From Vicugna vicugna (taxonomy: Eukaryota): 64,000 nucleotides of DNA. A program made the position numbers and the translations under genes. Positions within the stretch are counted from its first letter, which is position 1; each line of letters begins with the position of its first letter. The stretch covers positions 620,001 through 684,000 of the forward strand of contig MU058718.1 in NCBI GenBank assembly GCA_013265495.1, read 5' to 3'. Of the stretch, positions 1 to 13,187 are shown piece by piece. The notes under the pieces are model-generated. The model was not told the origin of the DNA, made no database searches, and saw only the letters and a list, made by a program, of their open reading frames with translations.

Positions 1-1335
1 GGAGAGATCGATGTTTGTGAAAAATAAAAAGAGCAGGAATGCTGGGCCGTGAGCTTTATTTCACACTCTTGACCCATGAGGTCCATTCCTAAAGGACAAT
101 GTGTAGCCAAATCTGGCTTGTCTGTCTGGATGGAAAGGAAGGCTCGGATGAACACAGTGTCTCAGCAAGGTATGCACAGCTGCTAGCAAGAAGGATGGAT
201 TCACACTAAATTAAGCTTAATTATGGGAATTCTGTATTCTTTTCCCAAGGTGTGGGGTGAGGACTGACACACAGCTCCTGGAAATCTGGACCTCTCCCAA
301 ATTCTACTACAGATTCCCTCTTGTTCTCGTAAACTGGGCGTCTAAAAACTAGACAAATAGCAATTAGATGATGGCATCGTGAGGTGGACCAGAAAGTAGC
401 TTTAAAAGGCTGAAGACTCCTGCCAAAAGGCCGGGTCACAGAAAGGAAGAGATGTGAATCCAAGAGGAAAAGCTGGCTCTCTTTAAAAGCACTTGATTTG
501 ATTTCAGATTTCAGTTCTCAGAAAAATATGAATTAACCTGGAAAGTTAAACTGGCGTCTGCTCTTGGACAGAGGAATCAGATGACATACTCAGGACAGGC
601 TTGTTAAGAGCTGCCTCTCCTGGGCTCTCCTGGGAGGCCATCCTGGGCAGTGTTTGATGGCAGGAGTCCTCAGGGGTGGCTTCTAGTGAAGATGTCGCCA
701 GGTAGGGTGGGGGAGGGGCACGCGTGCTGAACACACCCTGGCTGCTGACCCTCTGGGGTGCAGGACATTTCTGCTGCGGGACCTGTAGGCTGCACCGCAA
801 ATATACTTTTCCACATGTGAACCCTACATCATTTTATCATGTTTCTTCCTTCAAATTAGTTTTGCCATTTAATTTGCTAAGGACTTTATATTTTGAATCT
901 CACAGCAATTCTTAGGGAGAAGGACAGCTCACTAGGTCAGCAGAAAGTGGATATACTTAGAAGAGGGTCCCCTGTTTAGTCCTGTCACTGTCACCACATA
1001 GCTTGTTTTCTGAACACACGTCTTGAGCCTCTAAAGAAAATCTTGGGTAGAAGGTCTTGTCTGCATCATTTTCTGACTGAGCAGCTGTGAGGAGACAGTT
1101 CTTATCAATTCTAAAGGAAGGGCTTCTAAAAGAAGGTGATACATGGACTATCCCTTGAACTTTGGAATATTTTGGCTTTTATTATAAAGCAGGGGTGGGA
1201 CATTTATTCCATTTTCTCTCATTCATTTCTCTTTAAAAATGTGCTCTCGTTACTCATTTTTTACCTCGGGAGACCAGCATGCAGTGAGCACACTTTTACC
1301 TGCCTTTGGAGCATGCCTAAGGTAAAAAGAAGGCT

Positions 1336-1403
1336 TCAAAACAAAACACAAAGGAAAAAGAAAACAAAGAAAAGAAAGGAAAAGGAAAAAAGAAAGAAAA
1401 GAT
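1336..1403. repeat. A/G-rich low-complexity tract (polypyrimidine in the pre-mRNA)
   Basis: caaaacaaaacacaaaggaaaaagaaaacaaagaaaagaaaggaaaagg... read directly. Confidence 0.9.
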
Positions 1404-2907
1404 AATGAAGCTCCTGCAACCAGACAGCGGCCCCAGCCTCGGTCCCCTGGGCGAGGCCTGCACCCTGGAGAATGGCCTTCAGGCAGGGCCTTCCTGGCCC
1501 TTCAACACAAGGGCCGGGCCTCCTTCTCGCGGTCACCAATTAGAACCACACACACACTTTCTTGGAAACCATCCATCCAGACACTCCACTTTGCTAGGAA
1601 AGAAGCTAGTCCAGAGCAACGCTATCTGTAGCCCTCTAGGTCCCTCAGATACTCTGCTGCCCTGCTGCCCAACGCCCAGCCAGGCTTACCAGGAGCATGG
1701 CTGGGCCTCCTCCCATCACCTGGGGCTCAGCTGCCTGAGCCAGCACCATGTAGCATACACTCAACAGTGGGTTTTGGTAGGTCTCCAAAACTATGACACA
1801 GTCCCCTGACAACTGTGAAAGAGGAAGAAAGGAGGACACATCCCCTTTGTGCTAAAAGGAGCTATTGTTTTTGCTGCCTGTTAAACACCTTTAAAGACCC
1901 ATTTGTATCACCAGAGGAAAACATGGAGACCCATCCTACGCGCACTGGGCACGCAGCATGCAATCCACCACCAACTGTAGTTGGGGGCGGAGGAGGGGTG
2001 GAGTGCAGGCCTGAGTAGCTGAGAGGGAGGAAGGTTCAAGAACTGCTCCAGGGAAGCAGCTTCATTTCACCTGGCTGACAGGCTCCATGTTTCAGCCCGG
2101 TGCTCACTTACAACCAGCAACTGGGCAGTCTTGGGCATCTGTCTGTGCTATGCTTCTGCCGTGGGAAGGGGATTTGGTACACAGCCTCCTATGTCAACAC
2201 AGATCCTTTTCAAAGGAAAGATCAAAAACAGCACAACCTCAGGACGCTTCATGTCAGCAACGAGGGTGCTCTCAGAGCCTCCCCTCGGCATCGCAGTCCC
2301 AGGAGCACAACTCGTTCTTGCTTTTCCATCTAAAATTGTTATTAGTGTGTCTCTGATGAGCATCTTTCCCTAAGGCTTTCCCAGCCCTTGAACAACTGGC
2401 ATCTAAAAATACAGAATTGCATGTATCCTCTCTGAACCCGTCATGGGGAATTTGGAAATCTCTATCTCCTGATGAGTATCTTTAGAAGGGGAGAGATTTA
2501 CAGCGCAACGTAGGAATATTTATTTGTGCTGCACAAAAGGCCTTTATCACCTGTATGCAAATCTGTTATCATGCTTAAAGCACTGTCAGGGAGTCTCGGT
2601 GGTATTTTTTCGTGTCCCTTAAACAGATGCAGAGAAAAGGGTTTGCAGGTTTCTCAGGGTATCAAAGGGAAAGGGAGAGAGAAAGGAAGCACTACTACAA
2701 TTCTACACTAAGAGACTTTTAAAAAGATCCTGTGGTTTGTTTTGCTAAATTATTGATGGTTCCCTGGCCAAAGCAGTGAGGTAGAAGGCTGGAGCAGCTC
2801 AGCGTTTTTGCCAACAGGGCAGGCCAAGGAGGGAAGTCCGCGCAAACAGTGCATGCTATCACTGTCAGCTGCCACTCATCTAATTGTCTGCAGGTCACTG
2901 CATTCGG

Positions 2908-2927
2908 AAAAAAAAAAAAAAAAAAAA
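2908..2927. repeat. A20 homopolymer (U20 in pre-mRNA)
   Basis: 20 consecutive A. Confidence 0.95.
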
Positions 2928-3170
2928 GGAGGGCATTGACCTCTCTTGCTCTGGTTCCTGCTTCCCAGGTTTTGGCAAGAAGCCCTGGAAGGGGAATCCG
3001 AGCCTTTTCCGCCGTGGTCAACCCTGGAGCTTGGCAAGGGAGGAGTCAGACCCGTCAGCCCAGGGCAGGGCGGGTTCCTTCTTCCTCGCTGACTACCTCT
3101 CCTTTTACCCTTCTGACTCCAAATAAAGGGAGAGACTCTGTTCCCAGTGGTTTCTCGTTTAATCACTCAC

Positions 3171-3434
3171 CTTTCATACCACTACCTTCTTCTTGGAATG
3201 TGTTACGAGCAGTGGTCTGATCTTCTAAGTGTTCACTCCCACCACTTCCTGAAGAGGCTACACTGCTTTGTGGAGACAGGGGGGCATGATCGGATGGGAG
3301 GCACTGGGGTCCTCTAGCTCGTAAGTCCTCATGAGACATCCATCCATGTCCTAGAGGCTGGTTTGGCACATTCATGGGTGGGGTAAGGGACACAGATCGT
3401 TTCAAAGGGCTGTGGTGTGCCTGGCCTGAGAGAA
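3171..3434 (-). CDS. SAMD4A: SAMD4A/Smaug1 internal coding exon (exon 4 equivalent), 264 nt, 88 codons, phase 1-1
   Basis: Translation (I)[87 protein letters not shown] matches Smaug1 just before the SAM domain. Acceptor ttttttccag|TT (AG at 3436-3435); donor AAG|gtgagt (GT at 3170-3169). Joins in frame to the upstream exon (A+TT=Ile). Confidence 0.96.
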
Positions 3435-5223
3435 CTGGAAAAAAAAATAAAATGAAATAGGTTATTCCCCCCCTTGAGCCTGGGCTGCAGAAGAACCCAC
3501 AGTACCTCTTAACCCTGAGCAATGGTGCTAACTGACCACTCCAGCAGGGGGTGCGGCAGGCTGGACACAGGCCTGGCCAGGCCCTTCCCTTCGGGGTGGT
3601 TATAAAGGATGCTGTCTGTACCTCTGGGTGGGTTGAGTTTCTCCAAGGAGGCTACACCTCTAGTGCCCACATGTAGCCTCAGACTTTGTGAGTTGGGATC
3701 TGGTTTTAGTTCTAAGTCTAGAAACAGGATTCGTAGCTGCAGGGTCATAAATCAGATGAAGCTTGACAGCCTGGCAAAGTGGCCACCTGCCAAGAGTGAA
3801 TCAAACATGTGCTGGACAATTTTTTTTTTGAAACACACAAAACCCATTACCCATGTCATTAGGGTGGACTTCTGGAAGGGGAGGCAGGCTGGTCATCCTT
3901 GAGGATCTTTGCTGGGCTGAGTTAGAAGTGGATTCATCCTTCCAACCAGGAATCAGGGGACTATCACCTATGCAGGGGCTGCAGGCTCAGCAGGGGCCCA
4001 GCGCTAACGCGGACCGCAGGGTGCGGGTCGGCAGCTGTGTGTGAAGGGCCGATTCTTCCCCTTGGCTGGCAGCTTAGTGCCAAACTTTATATTGAAAACA
4101 CTTCCAGGTAACAAGGCTTTCATTCAGAAGCCGGAAGGGTGCTCTCGGTAAACTGGGAATGGTTTTTACCAGCATGTTCAGCCCTTCCGCACTGCGGGCA
4201 ACATCTGCGCAGCCCCCATTTCTAATTTCTTTTCCAGAAAACTAGGAAAAAGCAACAAAACTCACATAACTTGCCAAATTAAATTGAGGTCATTCAAGGG
4301 AGGGATTTAACCAAAATCAACGCTGAGGGAGCCGACGTTACCCTTGGTTGGTTTTTCTGGGCGTGTCAAGTGACAACTTTACAAAATAAGTCTATTCATA
4401 ACCTTCTCTCCGCACTGGCTCCTGACAGGTCCAGTTTATTTTGACTGCTGCAGGACTAACATGGAATTGGGCCACATGCATTTTTAAACATTTTTCAGGG
4501 AAGCCATTAAGTTGCATCTCAGGCTCCATCCCTTCCAATGAGGTGTTTGCTCTCCCAAGTTCGGACTAGCATGGCTCTGCTGGCATTAATCTTTCTGTGT
4601 TTTTCAGTCCGCAGACCTGACATCCCCACGTAAGAAGTTCTGCTTTTTATTAAACTGTGTTTCTGGTAGGGCAGCACCCACATAAGGCCTGAACAGCAGA
4701 CTCCCTTGCCCCCACTTAAAAAGATAAAGACCAGAGCCCAAGATAAAAGACTCAGCCAAAAGGCTGAGTGTTTGCAAAAGGTGTGTTTGGGGCAATAGTG
4801 GTTTGGGTAGGCGGCTCAGGGTCAGCTAGTGTTAACCAGGCCCCGAGAGCATGGAACTCTCTGTTGTCCGTTTGGCTTCCTGTAGCCAGAAGGGCAGCCT
4901 TGTGTGTGAAAGAGGGACAATCAGACAGAAGGGCCAGAAACCTCCTCATTAACAAACAAACAAACAAACAAAAAAAAAAAAAGAAAAGAAAAGGGAGCTG
5001 CCGAGTTAAGTATTTATAACCTGATAAATTTCTAATTTGGGTAGATTCTATCAAAGGCAAGGAATTATCATCTAACTGCAAAATATGCAAAGGGAACATT
5101 GTTCAGAAAAAATTTTTTTTGATCCTAACAGGCTGAAACAGCTTGCATTTCCACTAAATGGACAAATGAGGAAACAATTTTAAAAGGCTTCCTGGAAAAT
5201 GCATTGCTACCTGGTTGGATCAG

Positions 5224-5310
5224 AAATAGCAAGAGAAAAAGAGAAAAAAAAAGCAGAAAAAGAAAAAAAGAAAAAGAAAAAGGGAGCAGCAGCAAAAATG
5301 AAGAGAGAAG
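5224..5310. repeat. A/G-rich low-complexity tract (polypyrimidine in the pre-mRNA)
   Basis: aagagaaaaagagaaaaaaaaagcagaaaaagaaaaaaagaaaaagaaaa read directly. Confidence 0.9.
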
Positions 5311-8300
5311 CCAATAGGAAGAAATGCCAGACATCCAGAAAATTCATTTCATGCCTGTCTAAGTATTTATATAACACTGGGCAGAACTGTTTAGGGCTGC
5401 CCCAGGTAGGGGACACTCCAGCTTAGACATCTTTGCTTTCTGGTACCTCTGTGACCATTTCAGAATACCTGGTGGATGCTCTGAATGGTGCCAGCCACGT
5501 GTGCCCAGAGTGGACATGGCGGTGGGGGGGGGGGCTCTTCACAGCCAGGATCAGAGTGAGCCTGAAACCATAAAAACAGGCCTTGCCAAAGAGACACACG
5601 CAGCCCAGAGCTGGTGGCACCCTTAGCACCCCGCCTGGCTAGGGATGGTACCTGAATCTATAACCATCAGTGGTCACACTGCTCAGAGAGTCCTAGTCTT
5701 TGGATGTGGAGAACAGTACAACACATAGATAATAGTTGAATTCCATTATTAGATGAAGCCAATTTGCTTCTTTCCACCTAAAGTTTTCTTAAAATCCATG
5801 CTCCCTCCCTTTGATGGCATCCTTGGGGAGGCTGTCAGTGTCCAAGGAATCCACTAGATGTTTACCTAACTTAATGGGACTTACAGGGATTTATTCATAG
5901 AAACCTCCACCCGTTTCTTTATATATTCCTGAGCTTGACTGAAATCACATGGGATACGGCATGAACTTGATCTCTGCCTCTAATAAAAAATCAATTATAC
6001 CTGAGGTACCAGGGCCTTTTCCCAGGGACTTTCTACCTAAGGCCCCACCCTGTCTGGAGCATAGTTTCCCACAGCGGTACCAAACTCAGAAATGTCTCCT
6101 TAGGAGCAAATCTGCTGTAGTGACCAAGCAAAATGCCTCACACTAAGCTTCCGATTTGCAGAGAGGGCTGTGGGTTTAAAGCCAGGCTGGACGCCACACC
6201 TAAATCAAAGCCAAGTAGTGCTGAGCAAATGCCTCATTTCTCCAAAGGGAACTGAGGCCCAGGGGCAAGACAGGCTCACCTTCCTGTGGGAAGGAGACCG
6301 AAGCAGTTGACAGGGGACCTGCCAACAGCGCCACTTTGGGGTGAAGGCAAGTCTTCAGGTAGAGGCCATAGTGACCACAGAGCCAAATTTGGCATGACTT
6401 CGTGTGCTGGAGTACTTTGTTTGGCAGAAAGTGGCAAAGGAAATAATAAACGCCACGGACAGACAGTGTGACAAAACAGGCCGCACAGTGGTGGCATGAA
6501 CGAGGTGGCCAGGGCAGAGGACCGACAGCTGTCCCATCGCTCCGTTTCCTTTTCAACCAAAAGGACACATCTGTAGTGGCGTTAAGTAGAGGAAGAATGG
6601 ACATGCAGGCACAAAGAAATAAATACATAAAATTCCTTTCCCTACGAATAGGGAGAGGGGAGCAGTGAGAGCAGACATCTGAGAGGCTTTTCCCACTGTG
6701 TGAGCTGCCCCAGAACTGCTCTAGCTAGAGGTGGACCTTTGAATGTTCTCCCCTGCTAACTCTTGTGGGGCTGACAACGGTGAATGCTCCATTCAGCTGC
6801 CCCGGAGTCAGATTCGAATGCTGCAGAATGACGTACACCTTGAAAATATCTCCCTACAGATCAGAACTTGGCAAGTTCCCACAGAGTTGAGGTCCTGAGT
6901 TTATACTGCATTTGTGACTTTGAAACATGGAGGATGGAGGGACAGCATGTTTCAGGGTGAATTCACTCTAAAAACTCCCTGGGGAGCAAAACTGTGACTC
7001 TTTTGCTCTTGAAAAAAACTGAAGCTAAAACTTAATGTGGTGTACAGTATAGAGTCAATATCACTTCTATTTTTAGGACTCTCTACAGGAAAGTTCAGGC
7101 ATGTACACATGTATATGTATGTATGTATGTGTACATGTGACAATAGAACGCTATAACCTTTGGAACATTTATAAATTCCAGTGAACCAAAGATAAATAAT
7201 AAATATTGAGTAAGTCTAGTTGAAATATATGAAAAGCAGCTAAAAATAATCTTGTTACAGCTGTGAAACAGTACAATACAGAGGGTCTTCTAATCTGGCA
7301 GTGAACTCTGTCACAGCATTTGGGGCCAGCCGGCTTTTCTGACCTCTACTAACCTTATGATTTCTTTTTCATCTCCAAGCATCTTTAATGAGACTCCTTT
7401 CAACACTTTTTTTAGGGGGAAATACGATACCTGGCACTGGGTTCTGTTCTTATATTTTCTTGAAAACCTGGAAATCAGATTGCTTTCCCCTTTTCTTTGA
7501 CCAAACTTGACTTCATCTTGATTTTTAGTTATTGAAACGAGATTCAGGAAAAGACTTTAAAGGATAGACTCTTTTAAGAAAATTGGGTATAACTACTTTT
7601 CCTGCCGTTTAATATAACAAATAATAGGTTTTGTGCAAAGAGGAAGGTTTGGGATACTGGCCCCACGATCTCCTTGGGTCCCTGTCAGGTTAAGTGTCAT
7701 ACCTCCCGTCAGAGAGCAGTGATCCTGTAAACGAACAGTCCAGACAACTGATGCTCAACTCTTACACTGAACCTTTATCCTAACAAACTTCAGTGGAGGT
7801 CTTTCGAAGACACACTGTGTACTTACTTCTCGTTCTCCTTATATTTATAAAATGAATGCAAATAATGCTTAAAAATGATTACTGTGAGCATAGATTAATA
7901 ACATTTCAGAGCCAGAAGACCCTGAAAAGGCTATATAATTCAATAACTCCTATGTTGTGAGCTGTGGGCCCCTGGGTGGTGGGAGGACCCAAGAATCCCT
8001 ATGTGCCCTGGGCCTGATCAGCAGATGAAATGCTGTGCTATAAACGGTTTTCATATGTATCTAGAGAATATTAAAATTATTATTCATTAGGTAAACTCAT
8101 TTATATTTGCTGAAGTCATTGCTCTTGTCATTTTTTCCCCCCATCATCAGATTCCAAGTACAATCACTGTTTTATGGGGACTCCAGTTTTTTAATCTCTT
8201 GTCAATGAGAGAGATGATGGCTATTCTCTGTGGTGTCTGTTGAGTTGCACGGTGGCCTCGGGAACTCGTATGTTTAAAATTTTCTGCACGGCCTCCACAG

Positions 8301-11300
8301 TCACACTACCTCCTCAAAGCCAATCAGCCCCCACTTCTCATGCTACCACTGTGCGTTTCTACTAATTTCCAGGCTTAGCCTTTTGCTCTGGAGTCTAGGA
8401 TCTAGACTGCTGGAGCTGACCTCCTTTTGAATAAGTGCATTAAGGGGGCCCGCACTCCTAAAGTCACCCTCTTTCATCAAACCCAATAACCTGTCTTCTC
8501 AACTCAGCGTTGGGCCCTGCAGCCTCACCAGGCCCTTCTGAATTCAGCCACAGAGACACGATTTGCAATTTCACCCTTCTTTCTTCCCAAGCCAGTCTCT
8601 CCATTTCTCATTCAAGAAGCTGTCCTTTTCATGGAAAACGGATGCTTCGTTAATTTTTCAAATTCTAAATGCCCATGTGATAGAACTCAGGGCGGTGGCT
8701 AGTACAACTAAACTTTACAAAATCGATTCATTTCAATTTAGAGATTTTTAAAAAGTAGAATGAGAAAACCAAACATCTGCATATTATTTTAAAATACTTA
8801 GAACTTCTTTCCTGAATTAAAAGGTCCTGTCCAACTCCCTACTGATGATATACATTGTGTGTGTCAAAAGGCCATGACAAAGCACAGGGAGCAGTCCACT
8901 CACGTGTTGCTGGTGGTGCTCTTTAACAATACTCCCTAGACCCTACTCTACTACTCAGAAGTATCGGTAGAACCTTGCTGATTTGAAAAGCTCATGCAAC
9001 GTACAATTCTTATGTTTTGCTGCAGGAGGTGGTTGATTCTTGTCAAGTTTAAAGGAGGAAGAGCTCAAGCTGTTGTCAGCTATAAAATAGCTATAGCCTT
9101 TGTTTCAAAGTTATTGGAGAGAATGTTCTGTTCATTCCTTTAGTTTAGGCCTGCCTAACAGTCGTGTTTCAGTTCCATCCCAAGAATTTCTTCTGAGAAC
9201 ACTGATTTCAGAGCATCTAAGGAACTGCTACTAAAGGCTTTCTATTCACAATGAGTACTGCTCACTCCACTTGTATGCATAATTCTAAGCATTTGCTTAA
9301 AAAACAAAAAGCCAACATTTTAGCGAGGCTCAGTGGTGATATGACATTAGACCCTGGATTCCTCTTCTTTAGTTGGTTTTGTGGTGCCACGACCAGTAAT
9401 CTGAGGCCCTGTGGTGGGAATCTTTGGGGAAGAAAAGATTAATAGTACTGTAAGAATACATAAAAAATCCAAAAAACAAAACCAGAGTATTTGATCAGTG
9501 ACATCATGCAAAAAAAAGACAAAATAACACCAGTCACATTTATGGCCAAGAACAGATTTGTGTTGGGGGGGAAGGAGGGTATTAATTACTAAGGTTAAAA
9601 TTAACATGCTCTGCCTCATTGCTTTAGGGAATAGATTAAAAGCAAATCTGGAAGGTTATATGCCTCAACTCTGCATGCTTGCTCTCTGCTTCTTGCCCAA
9701 AAGTTTGGAAAACCAGTGCTCACAACATCTGGACACCAGAAGATGATTCCCCCAAATAGCTTCAGACTCCACCTCATTCTGGGGGAAGAAGAAAGAGCAC
9801 ACTGCAAAACAAAGATGTGCTGGGTGGACCAGGTGTTCCCGACTAGCCCCAGGAGGAAGCCACACACCCTCTAAAGAGAAAGTATACATTCATCTACACA
9901 GCAAAACAAAACAAATGGAGACTCCAGAAGAAAACAAAGCTGCAAGGACATCCCAACAAGGCTGACAAACACACACTGCTAAACCTCTTTTTCCCCATTC
10001 AGTCTCATTTTCACACTGTATTGAAGGGAACGCATCCTGATGCAGGGAAAAGCACCTGGAGAGGCTCTTCCATGATGTGAGTCCTTGTCACTGGCGTCAG
10101 CCCTTATTACTCCACAGACGGCTCAGCCTTTGGGCAGAGCAAAGATGTAGGTTTCTGCCTTCACATTATCACTTAAACATTTGGGCTTTTAAGAAGTAAA
10201 TGAAAATGTTTCTGGCAGACTTTTATTGCTGCATTAATCTTGGGTACATTTCATTTGTTCTCTTTTGTCAGTTTCTATAATGGCAAAACTGGGTGTCATC
10301 CAGTAGAAAAGTCTATTTTAGATAACTGCTGTTTGACTTTACATCATCATTATTTATAAAATAAGTTAGACAAGAAGCCAATATATGCATTTGATAGAAA
10401 TCAGTAGAATCTTACAAGCTTAACTTCAACTCAAGCAGTCCTAAAAGGAAACAGCCCAAATCCTCCCATTCCACTCTATTGAAACCAGTACATCAACTAT
10501 GGAAGTAACCTGACACCACTGAAGCAGATGGTTCAGCCAAGTTAAGGAGGGGTTACCCCAGCCATTTCTAAGGTTCCCGTATACCATGTAAACTTCTCCT
10601 TTTCTGCACTGTTTCTTTTCATATCTATAGTCATATCTCTGTGTACTTAACCCCCAGGTTTCTTAATCCTTAGGTTTGTTCATGGAATTTCTATCCTTGT
10701 GGAAAGTGAAGAGTTTAAACAGAGCTATAGTATTTGAATCATTTTGTTTATGACACCAAGTAATTAACTGAGTCAAGCAAGTGCCCAGGAGTGAATCGAA
10801 GTGGATATTTCCTTTTTCACTTTCCAATGTATCCATAAAAATGCTCCAGTCACTGTGTTTAAGGAGGAGAGATAGTGGAGAAACTCAGAAAGATAGATGT
10901 TTGGTGACAAAACTTCCCTCCTACCCCTTTCTTAAAAGATAACTCTCAAATTATAACTGCTATTACCTTAGCTCACATGTCTATCCAGGAAGTGCTTCGT
11001 AGGTTTACAAAAATGCACTGTCCATCCTGTGCTTAACACATTCAGGCTGCTGACAGTGAGAGTACCAGCCAAGCAATCCAAGTTTGGAACTGCGAATAAC
11101 CAGGGGTTCATGATTCAGCAATCAAGCCCCCTTCAGAGCATCAGTCCCAAGGCCACAGTCAGGGTCACTGTTTAAATCATCACGGAATCAATCACTATCA
11201 GTGCTTGTCCAGAGAAGAAGGGGACAATCACTTAAAAGGGGCTTACAAAGGGAACCTCGTATTTTGGAACCTTGTCTACTCATTCTTGTCTTGAGTTGAA

Positions 11301-12476
11301 CTATGGGCAAAGTCTTCACTGCTGCTGGAGCTTAAAAGCCTCCCAGGTAAGAGGGCAAGGTGGCTCTTAAATGCACTGATTAGGCTAGGATCAGCATCAT
11401 TAGAAGATGCCTAAATCCTACTGCCCTCAGGCAGTACTAGCCAAATTTGCCACCATTTGCACTAGCCAAATGCAGGACCAGTGCCAGGATTTCAGAGTGT
11501 GAAACTCTGAACTTGGTCTTGATTAAGCAGCAATCATTTTTTTTTCTTTCTAGTTTTAGGAGAAGGGTTATAAATAATTAGAAATGTATTATGCAGTTCT
11601 AATTCTTAACTTAGCTCCTTGATAGAAGAATGAGAACTGGAAATTCTCAGCATTTCGGCCAGCAGGGCAATTTACTGGTGAAGGAACTGGTTCTTGTTTT
11701 CATTAAAGCATTCAATCTAAATGTCAAGTGTAACAATACACATAAATGACCATTCAAAAAAACCACAATTTGAGCTTACACTGCTAATTAGATTATTTTT
11801 TGGAGGGGGGGTTAATTAAGAGAAATTGGATGGTTTAGGCTCTCCTGGTTTTTTAATTATATTTAATTGAATCACCATGTGATTCAAGACCAGCTACCGA
11901 GGCCTCACACATCCCAATTCCCACTGTCTCTTCACCTTCAGCCTCTTCTTGAATTCTAAACTGTCACAACCTGACCCTGGGAGTGCTGGAACACAGTGAG
12001 ATTGGTACTGTGTTTGTAAAATTGATTTACTGTGGTCTGTAATTACACATAACGATTTGAATTTTTGACTTGGCACTGCATTTTTCATTTAAACCGTACC
12101 GTTCTTCTCTACCCCAGAGAAACAGCGTTTACGTAATTGCTCTCATCTCTTTGGGTATTATAAATCAGTCCTGCAATAAAAGACTTCCAGAGACACTGCA
12201 AGCACGAGGTTCCTGGCATAATTCAGCCCCCAGGACTGTTCTAGTTTAAGGACAGGAATTGAACAGCGTTCATTTCTTACTGGATATGAGGTGCAGAGGG
12301 CTGTCTGGAGACTTCAGATCCCGGCAGCAAAGAGAACAGGCTGGAGGGCGATCAGGAGGGCTGGGCTGACCCCAGACAGCCAGCCCAGATCCATGGGTGA
12401 GTTCCCTTTGGGTCCCCCTTCACCTGTCATACAAGCTGTCCAGTGTGTGTTTATTTCTCTATTATGTCTTATAAAC

Positions 12477-13096
12477 CACTGATCCTCCGTATTCACAGGT
12501 TCTGTATTTGCGAATTCACCTATTTACTAAAAATTTATTGTAACCCAAAATCAATGCTCGCAGCATCTTCATCATCATTCACAGACATGCACAGCGTGGC
12601 AAAACATGAGTCCCGGGCTGGGGTGAACAGGCCTCGGTTGCTTGGCCTTCCTGTGTGAGCTCTCACACTGGAAACCAGTGTCCTTTTCAAGGTCTGTTTA
12701 GTGCCATGTTTTCCTAACGCTGGTGTTTTTCACTGGTGATTTTACTGTTTAAAATGACCCCCAAGCGTAGTGCTGAGATTCTGGCTACCGTTCCTCGGTG
12801 CAAGGGGCTGCACTGTGCCTTAGGGAGAAAACAGATACATTAGATAAGCTTCCTTCCGTGAGTTGGAGTGCTGTTGGTCCTGAATGCAAGTGTTAATGAA
12901 TCAACACTATGTATTAAATAAGACAGCTTTAAACACACATGAAACAACATTATGTATTGATAGGTTGATGGTAATGGGATGAGGCTTGTGGGAACCTAAC
13001 CTAGTGAATACCTAGCAGCAGTGGTTCAGCGTTTGCTAATTCAATGTCCCAGTGACCTTACAGAACATCATTACTGCAAATAATGAGAACTGACTA
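12477..13096 (-). mobile_element. MER82-like non-autonomous TcMar-Tigger DNA transposon, near full length
   Basis: Imperfect terminal inverted repeats (cactgatcctccgtattcacag ... ctgcaaataatgagaactgacta); internal stretches (gaattcacctatttactaaaaatttattgtaacccaaaatcaat; aaaatgacccccaagcgtagtgctga) resemble the remembered MER82 consensus. Confidence 0.8.
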
Positions 13097-13187
13097 TATC
13101 GACAGATACAGGTATAAAAAAATTCTTCGTTCCACCTCCCATTCTGGGACATTTTTTGTCTTATCTGTCACATTTTTGTCTTAGGCT

